A DNA stretch of 64,000 bases from Candidatus Bathyarchaeota archaeon (GTDB lineage: Archaea; Thermoproteota; Bathyarchaeia; Bathyarchaeales; SOJC01): positions 1,692,089 to 1,756,088 of the forward strand of contig CP070835.1 in assembly GCA_020341775.1 (NCBI GenBank), given 5' to 3'. The translations under genes were made by a program, and so were the position numbers. The first letter of the stretch is position 1; each line of letters starts with the position of its first letter. The notes under the pieces are model-generated. The model was not told the origin of the DNA. It made no database searches and worked only from the letters and a program-made list of their open reading frames with translations. Shown here in pieces: positions 19,522 through 28,686 of the stretch.

Positions 19522-19541
19522 TATATGAAAATATATGAAAT
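19522..19541. promoter_or_regulatory. 2 x 10 bp tandem TATATGAAA(A/T) in a divergent promoter region
   Basis: TATATGAAAA TATATGAAAT sits 28 nt upstream of ATG 19569 and 54 nt upstream of the divergent wHTH gene start. TATA-box-like units repeated at one helical turn. Confidence 0.35.
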
Positions 19542-19568
19542 ATACCGTACTGGACGCAAAGCATATTT

Positions 19569-20216
19569 ATGTTATTTCAACTGAAACTATTGAAAGGAGT
19601 CAACAGTTTGTCTCAACTTCGACTGTCTCCAAATGATGTTCAGTTCCTACAGGACACCTTAATCACAGAATTCAAGGTCACTAATATACGCCTGCGAGAA
19701 GGTGAATACCAACACGATCTTGCGAAGGCAATCGCATCCTATCAACTGGAATTACAGTTTCCACACGTCAAAGACATAATTCAGCGGCTCTATGGGGAAG
19801 AGAAAATTGAGGACATCGCGTTCATTAGGAAAATTCAAACGATCCTAAAAAAGATGGAGCGGAACAACGTCGTCAAAATTCTGCCAAAAGGAAAGCCCTG
19901 GGCACTCCAAAGATACGCCTTGTCAAGCTTCAGTTTTGAGGATGTAGACAAGAATCGCGTCTCGTTCGCCACCGAAGAGCAGATAGTGCAAATGCAGGAT
20001 CTGTTACTGTCAATTGGTCAGCAGGGGCAACCCACAGCAAAACTAGCCACCTCCAAAACTAAGATTTTCGCGTTGGTGGCTATTTTGATAGCATCATACG
20101 CCGCAGTGTTGTGGGACTTGATGCAGCCGATTATCACCCCGATCTTGTTCATCCCAGGATTCTCACTTGCAGTCATCTGCTCCCTAATGCTCGGGAGAAC
20201 TCTTTCTCGACAGTAG
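19569..20216 (+). CDS. hypothetical protein with C-terminal membrane anchor
   Basis: 215 aa: soluble N-terminal region then two hydrophobic segments (IFALVAILIASYAAVLW, ILFIPGFSLAVICSLMLG). Confidence 0.5.
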   Translation: MLFQLKLLKGVNSLSQLRLSPNDVQFLQDTLITEFKVTNIRLREGEYQHDLAKAIASYQLELQFPHVKDIIQRLYGEEKIEDIAFIRKIQTILKKMERNNVVKILPKGKPWALQRYALSSFSFEDVDKNRVSFATEEQIVQMQDLLLSIGQQGQPTAKLATSKTKIFALVAILIASYAAVLWDLMQPIITPILFIPGFSLAVICSLMLGRTLSRQ

Positions 20217-20239
20217 CCATTGGCAGGAGCTTCACCTTA

Positions 20240-21907
20240 ATGTTTAATAATTCTACAACCCCCAAAGGAGTCGTGGCAGACGTGAGCAAGCTCATTTCAA
20301 CCTTTTCAATTGTGTGTTTGATTGCGATGTTGTCTCTGACAAACAGCGGAATGTTTGTGAAGGGGCAACCCTCTGTGATAACTGTCCCAGACGATTACGT
20401 GAAAATTCAAGAAGCCATTAATAATGCCTTTGATGGAGACACGATATTCATCAGAGCTGGAACATATAATGAACACGTAGTTGTTAACAAGAGCTTATCT
20501 CTTATCGGAGAGGCCGATGCTGCCATCATTGATGGCAATGGAACCGGCAATGTTGTTGTTGTAACCGCAAATAATGTGAGTATTATTGACTTGACGATAC
20601 AGAACAGTGGTTCCAGCTTCAGCGATTATGGGATCTTGCTCTACGCGGATAATAACTTGGTTTCAAGCAATGTGATAACGAATAATTACTATGGAATCGG
20701 CGTCTTGGTGTCCAAAGCAAATGTAGTCGCGGGCAACAACATCTTCTCAAACAATTATGGAGTAAAATTGTTCCTTGCCGTCAATAATACTTTTCACCAC
20801 AACAACTTTGATAATCTTTACCCGGCCGAAAGCGACGAGTTTTCCTCAACCTTCTGGGATGACGGAGCCGAAGGAAATTATTGGAGCGGCTACACAGGTG
20901 TGGATCAAAATGCAGACGGAATCGGCGAGAGCCCTCACCCTATACCTCCCTTCAACCAAGACATTTTTCCACTGATGGGTCAGTTTTCCAGTTTCGATGC
21001 TGTTTCACAAGATGCAACATATCACGTCACTACAATTAGCAACTCAACAGTGTCAGAGTTCAGATTTGAGGTTGGGCTGGAAACCGGAAACAAGATAATA
21101 GGGCTCAACGTCACAGGCGAAGATGGTGTAGCTGGTTTTCTCCGAATCATGCTTCCTACCGAGTTGATGTCCAGCCCCTATATTGCGTTATATGGACTCG
21201 AAGAAATTGGGCCAAAACAACTATTCTCAAACCAAACACATGTCACCCTCTACCTCACATATGTTCATGACAGCCGCATAATCACGTTGATTTCCTCTAA
21301 ATTCCAAGATCTTTACCAGAGCTTGAATGCGACCTACAATCAACTATTGGCCAACTACATTAGCCTGAACACAACCTATCACAGCCTTCTGAGCCTCTGC
21401 GAAAATCTGAACATAACCTACAATGAACTCCTAGATAACTACAGTAGCTTGAACACCACTTTCTACGAACTCTTGAACAGTTACAGCCTTGTCCTAGAAA
21501 ATTATACCCTACTCCAAACAAGCTACAGTGAACTGAACAGCTCCTACCAACAACACCTCGCAGACTACAACAACAGCCTGCTCAACATCGCAAACCTCAC
21601 AAACCTCTATTACAACCTGCTCAACACCAACGCGGTCATTCAGATGAACATGTTCAATCTGAACAGAAGTTATTCCGAACTTGTGAATAGTTATACCCTA
21701 CTCCTAAATAATCATAGCCAGCTCAAAACGGATTACGACGAACTAAATGGATCTTACCAAGAGCACCTGTCGAATTTTTCGGACAATGTGATGGGCATCC
21801 AAAACCTAACCTACGTCTTTGCAGCCACGACCGCGATCTTCATTATGACAACCATCTACCTGTCAAAACATGCTCACAAGAACAACACGACAGTTGAAAG
21901 CCAATAG
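20240..21907 (+). CDS. secreted right-handed beta-helix (NosD/PbH1-like) protein with repeat stalk and C-terminal TM anchor
   Basis: Signal-like LISTFSIVCLIAMLSL. IQEAINNAFDGDTIFIRAGTYNEHVVVNKSLSLIGE plus repeated N-rich beta-helix turns. 14-aa LN-x-T-Y repeats. C-terminal FAATTAIFIMTTIYL. The ORF track starts at 20111, but that part overlaps the upstream gene; ATG 20240 preferred. Confidence 0.75.
   Translation: MFNNSTTPKGVVADVSKLISTFSIVCLIAMLSLTNSGMFVKGQPSVITVPDDYVKIQEAINNAFDGDTIFIRAGTYNEHVVVNKSLSLIGEADAAIIDGNGTGNVVVVTANNVSIIDLTIQNSGSSFSDYGILLYADNNLVSSNVITNNYYGIGVLVSKANVVAGNNIFSNNYGVKLFLAVNNTFHHNNFDNLYPAESDEFSSTFWDDGAEGNYWSGYTGVDQNADGIGESPHPIPPFNQDIFPLMGQFSSFDAVSQDATYHVTTISNSTVSEFRFEVGLETGNKIIGLNVTGEDGVAGFLRIMLPTELMSSPYIALYGLEEIGPKQLFSNQTHVTLYLTYVHDSRIITLISSKFQDLYQSLNATYNQLLANYISLNTTYHSLLSLCENLNITYNELLDNYSSLNTTFYELLNSYSLVLENYTLLQTSYSELNSSYQQHLADYNNSLLNIANLTNLYYNLLNTNAVIQMNMFNLNRSYSELVNSYTLLLNNHSQLKTDYDELNGSYQEHLSNFSDNVMGIQNLTYVFAATTAIFIMTTIYLSKHAHKNNTTVESQ
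21301..21800 (+). repeat. in-frame 42-nt (14 aa, two-heptad) repeats, each carrying an N-x-S/T sequon
   Basis: LNATYNQLLANYIS / LNTTYHSLLSLCEN / LNITYNELLDNYSS / LNTTFYELLNSYSL ... LNSSYQQHLADY ... LNRSYSELVNSY ... LNGSYQEHLSNF. Confidence 0.7.
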
Positions 21908-21981
21908 AGAACCAAGCAAACACGCATGCTTTCTGCTGGCAATATGCCAAAAAAAGGAAGGTTATTGTGTTGGTGTAGATG

Positions 21982-22335
21982 TTAGGTGTTTTGTTCTTCA
22001 ACAACGATCATGGTCAACGTAGACCGAACTTTGTCTAGTCTTCGCACATGCCACGTGACTATTTCTTTGAGTTTGTCCATGCTTTCTGCCCCGATTTTAG
22101 CGACGACGTCGTAGACACCATACACCGCATACGCTTCCACCACTCCTTCAACACCCTTTAAGGTTTTCAGAACGTCACTCTCTGAGCCAATTTCTGTATT
22201 TATCAGGACAAAGGCTACTGGCAATTCACTATTCCTCTCTTGTATGTTTAAGGTGTGTGACCTAAATATTTTGCTACTCACTCTCAACAGGAAGGGATGA
22301 GTGCGATGCCTTGGTGAGTCATGAACATCGATCAT
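21982..22335 (-). CDS. stand-alone Lrp/AsnC ligand-binding (RAM) domain protein
   Basis: VAFVLINTEIGSESDVLKTLKGVEGVVEAYAVYGVYDVVAKIGAESMDKLKEIVTWHVRRLDKVRSTLTMIV is the AsnC-type RAM fold pattern. The first ~40 residues of the ORF are probably not translated (internal non-ATG start). Confidence 0.65.
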   Translation of the reverse strand: MIDVHDSPRHRTHPFLLRVSSKIFRSHTLNIQERNSELPVAFVLINTEIGSESDVLKTLKGVEGVVEAYAVYGVYDVVAKIGAESMDKLKEIVTWHVRRLDKVRSTLTMIVVEEQNT

Positions 22336-22366
22336 AGGTGCACAAAGACACTAAATTGCAGACAAC

Positions 22367-23095
22367 CTAATTCACATTAACCCTCTTGATAAGGCTTGGA
22401 GGCTTAAATCTTAAGCCAAACCTCCTCAACTCTTCGCGAATCGATAGGGCTGACGCTAGTAGCTTCTGAATCCCCTTCACATGCGCTGCTCCAGTCAGCG
22501 ATAAGACCTTCACCTCTTCTCCTCGAGCCAGCTTCTGTGTGACAATCCACGCTAATCGAGCCGCCATCAACGCGTTTCTTTCATCAATCAAGACCTGCCA
22601 AACATGTGGTGCCCTTTCTCGCAAATCCTCCAGCCGTTGATGGTGTCGTTCTAAGACCTTATCTTTGTACCCCCTCTCCCACAACCAGACCTCATCTCTA
22701 GGGCTGCTCCATGAAGAGAAACCGACAAAGGAGAATGGCCACAACTCCCAAGGCGGCAGTAGATGCCTAATTCTTCTAACAATCTCTATTTCAGACATAT
22801 CGATAAGCCAAATATTCGCATTCACGTTACCTAAAGCATCAGCAGCCCCCACAAACTCGCATCGTCCCACACAAAGCTCCCTCTCTGGACAAGAAGCACA
22901 GCGACGATTTAGCAATTGGAACCGCGCCATATCAAGTTCAACAGCTAAATCGGTAGGCTTCAACCTTCTTACTGCTTCCTGAGCCTCCAATAGACTCCTT
23001 CGGGTGAAATGCGCGGTGCCTAGCAAGCTAACATATTCATTATAGTTTTCGTCGAGTATTTCGACCTTTACTGGCGTGTCTTCCTGGCTATTCAA
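22367..23095 (-). CDS. TraB/PrgY/GumN-family protein
   Basis: N-terminal VSLLGTAHFTRRSLLEAQEAVRRLKPTDLAVELD and C-terminal LSLTGAAHVKGI match the TraB family pattern. Carries a Cys cluster CASCPERELCVGRC. Overlaps the Hsp20 stop by 8 nt. Confidence 0.7.
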   Translation of the reverse strand: MNSQEDTPVKVEILDENYNEYVSLLGTAHFTRRSLLEAQEAVRRLKPTDLAVELDMARFQLLNRRCASCPERELCVGRCEFVGAADALGNVNANIWLIDMSEIEIVRRIRHLLPPWELWPFSFVGFSSWSSPRDEVWLWERGYKDKVLERHHQRLEDLRERAPHVWQVLIDERNALMAARLAWIVTQKLARGEEVKVLSLTGAAHVKGIQKLLASALSIREELRRFGLRFKPPSLIKRVNVN

Positions 23096-23636
23096 TGCTT
23101 ATACTCCGCTTCTTAGTATCTTTACTAGTTTTCTTGATTTTCGGTATAGTAACCTCCAGCACACCGTTCTTGTAGGTGGCAGTGGTTTGTGTGAAGTCAA
23201 CGTTTCCAGTAGGCATCTCAACGGTTTTCGTGAAGTTTTTAGCTTTCACTTCTACTAGCTCATCTGTTACATCAAGTTTAATGTCGCTCTTGTCAACGCC
23301 TGGCAATTCCATATAGATCTTGACTTTCTCGTCTTCGACAAAAACATCCGTAAGAGGCTGCCGCTGCTCCACAAGCGCCCGTTTCGCTGTCTGCAGTGGA
23401 TCACCGCCAAATTGAAACTGCCCGCGGGCCACAAAGCCTCTGGCTCCAGAGTTGCTGATTGGCTTAATATTCCACCGACCTTTAATCGCTCCGCCTCTCG
23501 CCATTCTTTCAAAATCTTTCATCTCTCTCAACATCCGATTCATTAAATTCTTGTAGAAACTGTCGATATCCCGGAAAACTTCATCGTCCTCAAAATGTTC
23601 CCCCATATTCTCTTCACCTCCCTCAGATGCTTTCAA
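23088..23636 (-). CDS. Hsp20/alpha-crystallin small heat-shock protein
   Basis: Alpha-crystallin domain PLTDVFVEDEKVKIYMELPGVDKSDIKLDVTDELVEVKA...ATYKNGVLEVTIPK. Confidence 0.9.
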   Translation of the reverse strand: MKASEGGEENMGEHFEDDEVFRDIDSFYKNLMNRMLREMKDFERMARGGAIKGRWNIKPISNSGARGFVARGQFQFGGDPLQTAKRALVEQRQPLTDVFVEDEKVKIYMELPGVDKSDIKLDVTDELVEVKAKNFTKTVEMPTGNVDFTQTTATYKNGVLEVTIPKIKKTSKDTKKRSISIE

Positions 23637-24027
23637 ACATTGTCCGCAATTGCCTTAAAACGAGGCTCAGCATCAGAAACTCAGCTCTCCCTGCCTCTGA
23701 AAAGCTGTATTTGCCTTCCTCATTCTTTTCTATTAAGCCTCCATCGCAAAGCTTCTTAGTGTTCTGCCAGACAATCTTTGGATTCAACCCAAGCTCTCTA
23801 GTGAAATCCGTGAATCCAAGTGTGTGATTGTCCTCCTCAAACAGCCGCTTCACCATGCGGAGTCTAGTGTGGTGTGAAAGGGCATCAAAAAGCTTGGTAA
23901 ATCTCTCATACTCTTCCTCAAAAAAGCCAAGCTCTCTATGTAGACGCTCTTGAGACCAAGCCTCACCCGATAGCGGCAATTCCAATAAGATTTTATTGTT
24001 CCTAACCAAGAGCAACTTCACGCTCAT
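23623..24027 (-). CDS. ArsR-like winged-helix transcriptional regulator, first gene of the Hsp20 operon
   Basis: ALSHHTRLRMVKRLFEEDNHTLGFTDFTRELGLNPKIVWQNTKKLCDGGLIEKNEEGKYSF is an ArsR/SmtB-type HTH. Overlaps the Hsp20 start by 14 nt. Confidence 0.7.
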   Translation of the reverse strand: MSVKLLLVRNNKILLELPLSGEAWSQERLHRELGFFEEEYERFTKLFDALSHHTRLRMVKRLFEEDNHTLGFTDFTRELGLNPKIVWQNTKKLCDGGLIEKNEEGKYSFSEAGRAEFLMLSLVLRQLRTMFESI

Positions 24028-24032
24028 TCCAA

Positions 24033-24060
24033 TTACCTAATGGTAATTACCAAAGGGTAA
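24033..24060. promoter_or_regulatory. two abutting inverted repeats TTACC-N4-GGTAA (candidate operator)
   Basis: TTACCtaatGGTAA TTACCaaagGGTAA. The junction forms the perfect palindrome GGTAATTACC. Begins 6 nt upstream of the ArsR-like start codon. Confidence 0.45.
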
Positions 24061-24126
24061 TACTTAAACTTTGTGAAAAACAATAAGTTTGAGGAATAGA
24101 CAAATACCTACACGAGGCTGGTCACG

Positions 24127-25185
24127 TTGGGACTTCACGAAGCTATGTTATTCGAGAAACTACCAGAAAGCTGCGTACAATGCCACTTATGTGCTCGCCA
24201 CTGCAAAATCGACGAAGGCAACAGCGGTTTCTGCCTCGTTCGAAAAAATAAGAACGGCACACTCTTCTCGCTAAACTACGCCAAGGCCTGCTCTGCCTGC
24301 GTTGATCCAATCATGAAAAAGCCACTCTATCATTTCCAGCCAGGCGCTTCAGTCATGTCAATTGCCACAGTAGGCTGCAACTTTCGCTGCAAGTTCTGCG
24401 ATAACTGGATGATAAGTCAAGAGAAAAAAGTTGTTGGGCACAATTTTCCGCCCGAAGAAGTTGTGAAAGCCACGAAATCCAATAGTTGTCAAGGCGTAAG
24501 CTACACGTACACCGAACCCACCATATTCTTCGAATATGCCTATGACACCGCCAAGATAGCCCGAGGCGTGGGATTCTTCAACACTTTTGTAACAAATGGC
24601 TACATGACACCAGAGGCGGTGAAAACCATTGCCCCCTATTTAGATGCGGCAACAGTGGATTTCAAGGGCGCCGCTGATCCTCAGTTTTACGCGACCTTTT
24701 CTTCGGTGCCTTCAGTTACCCCGATCTTTGAATCGTTGACTGAGATGAAGCGAAAAGGCATCCACATTGAAGTCACCAACCTCATAGTGCCACGAATCGG
24801 AGACTCCATGGACAAAATCAGAGAATTAGCCGTTTGGATACGTGACAATTTAGGTGTGGATACGCCTTTTCATCTCTTGAAGTTTCATCCCGACTACGAA
24901 ATGGCGGGCATACCTGCGACTTCCCTGTCTGTGATGGAGAAGGCATACGTCTTAGCTCGCAGAAAGGTTGGCTTGAACTATGTGTACCTCGGAAATACGC
25001 CTGGGCACCGATTCGAGCACACATACTGCCCCAACTGTAACGAGCTGCTGATAAAACGCTTCAGCTTCGAAATAGTGAAGTGGAACTTGGCAAAAGACAT
25101 GCGATGCCCAGCATGCAGTCACAGCATACCTATAAAAGGAGAGCTGCACCCCGCAGCCACTGCTTATCCCTACGCCCTATTTTAA
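24127..25185 (+). CDS. amrS: AmmeMemoRadiSam-system radical SAM enzyme
   Basis: N-terminal VQCHLCARHCKIDEGNSGFCLVRKN, DPIMKKPLYHFQPG, and radical SAM cluster GCNFRCKFCDNW (CxxxCxxC). Confidence 0.85.
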   Translation: MGLHEAMLFEKLPESCVQCHLCARHCKIDEGNSGFCLVRKNKNGTLFSLNYAKACSACVDPIMKKPLYHFQPGASVMSIATVGCNFRCKFCDNWMISQEKKVVGHNFPPEEVVKATKSNSCQGVSYTYTEPTIFFEYAYDTAKIARGVGFFNTFVTNGYMTPEAVKTIAPYLDAATVDFKGAADPQFYATFSSVPSVTPIFESLTEMKRKGIHIEVTNLIVPRIGDSMDKIRELAVWIRDNLGVDTPFHLLKFHPDYEMAGIPATSLSVMEKAYVLARRKVGLNYVYLGNTPGHRFEHTYCPNCNELLIKRFSFEIVKWNLAKDMRCPACSHSIPIKGELHPAATAYPYALF

Positions 25186-25334
25186 GAAAGCAGCGACCTT
25201 CCTTTCAGGCTATCATCTACTCCCACCTCGCACCACACACATCTTCCTTTGAATTCAAGTTGCAGGCACAAGCTCTCACTCCGATCCTAATGACATAAAT
25301 GGTTGTCTAACGGTATTCTCTTTGATGGTCATGT

Positions 25335-26426
25335 ATGTGGATGTTTTCAAAACCTGACGCTGCAGCCGTATTGAAAAACAAGAATGTTCGTGCAAGTCTG
25401 GCAAGATACCTGAACGTTATGCAAAACGACAATTCAGCCAAATTCACGGTTGCCCAAAACCTAGCTGCTGATTTCCACACAGATGATTCCCTGAGTGAAC
25501 TCTGGAAGAAACATGACCAACTGCTACTCACATATGTTCATCTTGAGGAGAAAATGGACGCATGCTTGAAAAGCCCAAAAACAAGTGCAGAACCTTCACA
25601 GTCCTTCCTAGACTTGAAGATTGGAATTGCCAATCGAATTCTAGCAAATTGTCATTTCTGCGCTAGAAATTGTGGCGTGAACAGAAAAGAAGGCAAATTC
25701 GGCTACTGCCGATGTGGCGCTCAAATCACCGTCTCCACCATGTTTCCGCACATGGGCGAAGAACCAGAATTGGTACCATCTGGAACAATATTTACCCTTG
25801 GATGTACTATGCGTTGTCGCCACTGCCAAAACTGGACCATATCTCAATGGCAGGACTCTGGAGAAATCTACTCTCCAAAGCGCCTTGCGAGAGCCGTGGA
25901 ATATCTGCGCAAGAAAGGTTGCCGAAATGTCAACCTCGTCGGGGGCGACCCTACACCATGGCTTGCCCAATGGCTGGAAACCTTCAAACATGTCGACGTC
26001 AACGTCCCCGTCGTCTGGAACTCTAACTCTTACTACAGCCCGCAAACAAGCAAGCTCCTTGCTGGATTCGCTGACGTTTACCTTCTAGACTTCAAATACG
26101 GAAACAATGAGTGTGCTAAACGCATATCTGAAGCTCCAAACTATTGGGAAACCTGTACCCATAATCACAGCTACGGGAAAAAATACGGTGAGTTGCTGAT
26201 CCGGATCTTAGTGTTGCCTGGCCATCTAGACTGTTGCGTCAAGCCAATCCTAGAGTGGACAAGCAAAAATCTTGGGCCCACAACACGGACAAATGTTATG
26301 TTTCAATACAGACCCGAATGGCTAGCCCATGAAATTCCCGAATTGCGCAGACGGCTAACCCAATCTGAAAAGGAAACAGCCATCAAACTTGCTAAAGAAT
26401 TGGGACTTGTCAACGTCATAGTCTGA
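25335..26426 (+). CDS. radical SAM protein, PflX-like (pyruvate formate-lyase activase-related)
   Basis: CHFCARNCGVNRKEGKFGYCRCG followed by HMGEEPELVPSGTIFTLGCTMRCRHCQNW. Confidence 0.75.
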   Translation: MWMFSKPDAAAVLKNKNVRASLARYLNVMQNDNSAKFTVAQNLAADFHTDDSLSELWKKHDQLLLTYVHLEEKMDACLKSPKTSAEPSQSFLDLKIGIANRILANCHFCARNCGVNRKEGKFGYCRCGAQITVSTMFPHMGEEPELVPSGTIFTLGCTMRCRHCQNWTISQWQDSGEIYSPKRLARAVEYLRKKGCRNVNLVGGDPTPWLAQWLETFKHVDVNVPVVWNSNSYYSPQTSKLLAGFADVYLLDFKYGNNECAKRISEAPNYWETCTHNHSYGKKYGELLIRILVLPGHLDCCVKPILEWTSKNLGPTTRTNVMFQYRPEWLAHEIPELRRRLTQSEKETAIKLAKELGLVNVIV

Positions 26427-26542
26427 ACAGCTTGCTTTGGTGCGCCCCCCAAGCACACACGCAAAGATTGAGCTAACGTTTATGCAACCAAAAGCTATTT
26501 CTCTCTGAATCTATCTGGTATGTCGAGGAAGAAATTGTAGAA

Positions 26543-26752
26543 ATGCCCTATTGTCCAGAATGCGGCGGCAAAATGCAATACATTTCAGCAACAAAACGCC
26601 ATGCCTGCCAGAGCTGCGGACTCTCAGTCACCCATCAAGAGCTAATTGAGCTGCGACAGCAACTACGACCCAAAATTGAATCAGAAGGCGAAGAGCGCAG
26701 GAAAGCACAAAAAGAATACCTGAAATGGTGGCTTGGCAAAAAGAAAAAATGA
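26543..26752 (+). CDS. small zinc-ribbon protein
   Basis: CPECGGKM...CQSCG (CxxC-N14-CxxC) followed by a basic helical tail. Confidence 0.55.
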   Translation: MPYCPECGGKMQYISATKRHACQSCGLSVTHQELIELRQQLRPKIESEGEERRKAQKEYLKWWLGKKKK

Positions 26753-26855
26753 ACTAGCAGACAGTGCATAGCGTTTGAATCCTTAGTGTAGACAATTGAC
26801 TTTTATTCTTTCACCGCAACTATAACTTCAAGCGTCGTCTTCTGAAGGTTCGAAA

Positions 26856-27701
26856 ATGGCTAAACACGTAGAAATAGTCTCCATTGGGAACGAATTGCTG
26901 ATTGGAAAAACCCTCAACACAAATGCCCAGTGGCTCGCAAGAAGAATAACATCTCTAGGGCTCTGCGTAACCCGAATAACCGCTGTTCACGACGACGTTA
27001 AAGAGATCGCAACCATTTTGCGAGAAGCCATAGCCCGAAACCCTAATTTCATATTCACCACAGGAGGTTTAGGGCCAACTTTCGATGACTTGACGTTGAC
27101 AGGCATTGCGGAAGCCCTCAACTCCAAGCTAAAGGTAGACGAGAAAGCCCTAATCATGGTGAAAAAAAAATACGGCGACCTCGCAAAGAAACTAGCGCAT
27201 AAACAGTTTGAGCTAACTCCTGCGCGAATCAAAATGGCAACGATTCCAGAAGGGGCACAGCCCCTACCCAACCCTATAGGAACCGCACCAGCAATTGCAA
27301 TTCGCCACAGCGATGTCACTGTTTTCGTCTTGCCAGGCGTCCCACCAGAGATGAAGGCCATCTTCGAAAACTCGGTCTTCTCAATTCTCAAAAAGGCTGC
27401 AGGATCCCTAATTTTTGTTGAGGCCAACCTTTGCGTTTCAGGAATCACAGAATCCGAAATAGCGCCTCTCATAGACCAGGTCATGCAGAACAACCCCAAC
27501 GTTTACATAAAATCCCACCCCTTGGGCGCAGAAGGAAAACCAGAAATAGAACTCCATCTTTCCACTACAACAAGGGACAGCGAAGAAGCCACGAACCAAA
27601 TAAGTAGGGCAAAGTCACAGCTTTCAGAGGTAATCAAAGCAAAAGATGGGACAACCAAACTTGGTACTCGTATGCGTAATCCCGAAGGTGCTTCATTCTA
27701 A
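26856..27701 (+). CDS. CinA-like MoCF-biosynthesis (molybdopterin-binding fold) domain protein
   Basis: VEIVSIGNELLIGKTLNTNAQWLARRITSLGL...FIFTTGGLGPTFDDLT matches the CinA N-terminal/MoaB-Mog fold signature. Confidence 0.75.
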   Translation: MAKHVEIVSIGNELLIGKTLNTNAQWLARRITSLGLCVTRITAVHDDVKEIATILREAIARNPNFIFTTGGLGPTFDDLTLTGIAEALNSKLKVDEKALIMVKKKYGDLAKKLAHKQFELTPARIKMATIPEGAQPLPNPIGTAPAIAIRHSDVTVFVLPGVPPEMKAIFENSVFSILKKAAGSLIFVEANLCVSGITESEIAPLIDQVMQNNPNVYIKSHPLGAEGKPEIELHLSTTTRDSEEATNQISRAKSQLSEVIKAKDGTTKLGTRMRNPEGASF

Positions 27702-27872
27702 ACGGAACCTACACACGCGCATGTGAAGCCCATCATCTAAGGCAGCGACATACTCGTAAGTTGAGCAGTGTTAATGTTGATGATGACGATCCAACCACCG
27801 AGCCACTCCCCTTCCGAAAAAAGAAATAAGGAGGAGTGCAGATTCAAGGCTGATTGTGGGCGGTGAAGCTTC

Positions 27873-28634
27873 ATGTTCATTGTCTTTGTTATAGGAACCG
27901 CAGGATCAGGGAAAAGCCTCTTCACTTCAGCTTATTCTGAGTGGTTGAAAGTAGAGAAACAAGATGTGGCAGCGATAAATCTAGATCCCGGTGTTCTAGC
28001 ATTGCCCTATACGCCTGATTTGGATATTAGGGACTATGTCAATATAGAGAGCTTGATGAACGAACATCTTCTCGGCCCAAATGGCGCGTTGATCGCAGCA
28101 GCTGACCTCATAGCTGAGCAAGTGAAGAAGCTGAGCAGGGAAATTGAAGAGCTCAAAGCTGACATTGTTCTCGTGGATACTCCTGGCCAAATGGAGCTTT
28201 TCGCTTTCAGAGCCAGCGGTCCATACATCGCTGACGGATTGACCAAAGAACCGAAGGCGATAACCTACCTTTTTGATTCGGTTTTTTCTCTCAACCCTCT
28301 AAACTACGTTGCGAACCTCTTCCTCTCGGCTGCAGTATACAATCGCTTTCTAATCCCCCAAATCCACGTCTTGTCAAAATCAGACCTACTGCCTCAAGAG
28401 CAAGTAGATAGAATAATAGGTTGGTCGGTAGATCCTGAAATGCTGACGATGGATATCGACAACCAACTAAAAGGAACGAAGCGCTTATTAGGCCTTGACA
28501 TGACGCATGCCATACACAGACTGGGACTTCGTTTCCTCTTGACTCCAGTTTCGTCAAAAAGCAATGATGGAATGACAAAAATAAACGCAGCGTTCGAGCG
28601 AATTCTCACAGGAGGCACAAAATTCACAGATTAG
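27873..28634 (+). CDS. GPN-loop GTPase
   Basis: P-loop GTAGSGKS, NLDPG, the eponymous GPNG (LLGPNGAL), DTPGQMELF and SKSD. Confidence 0.85.
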   Translation: MFIVFVIGTAGSGKSLFTSAYSEWLKVEKQDVAAINLDPGVLALPYTPDLDIRDYVNIESLMNEHLLGPNGALIAAADLIAEQVKKLSREIEELKADIVLVDTPGQMELFAFRASGPYIADGLTKEPKAITYLFDSVFSLNPLNYVANLFLSAAVYNRFLIPQIHVLSKSDLLPQEQVDRIIGWSVDPEMLTMDIDNQLKGTKRLLGLDMTHAIHRLGLRFLLTPVSSKSNDGMTKINAAFERILTGGTKFTD

Positions 28635-28686
28635 AAGCAATGCTGCCACCTTTCGGAGAAACCATGTAATTATCTAGACTCGCCGA

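Noticed and set aside
20111-20239. 5' extension of the beta-helix protein ORF
   Set aside because: It overlaps the 3' end of the upstream membrane-protein gene. The signal-peptide-like segment follows ATG 20240.
25641-26088. Three overlapping 118-134 aa ORFs in other frames inside the PflX-like gene
   Set aside because: They are shadow ORFs of a locally stop-poor stretch. Only the 363-aa frame carries radical SAM motifs.
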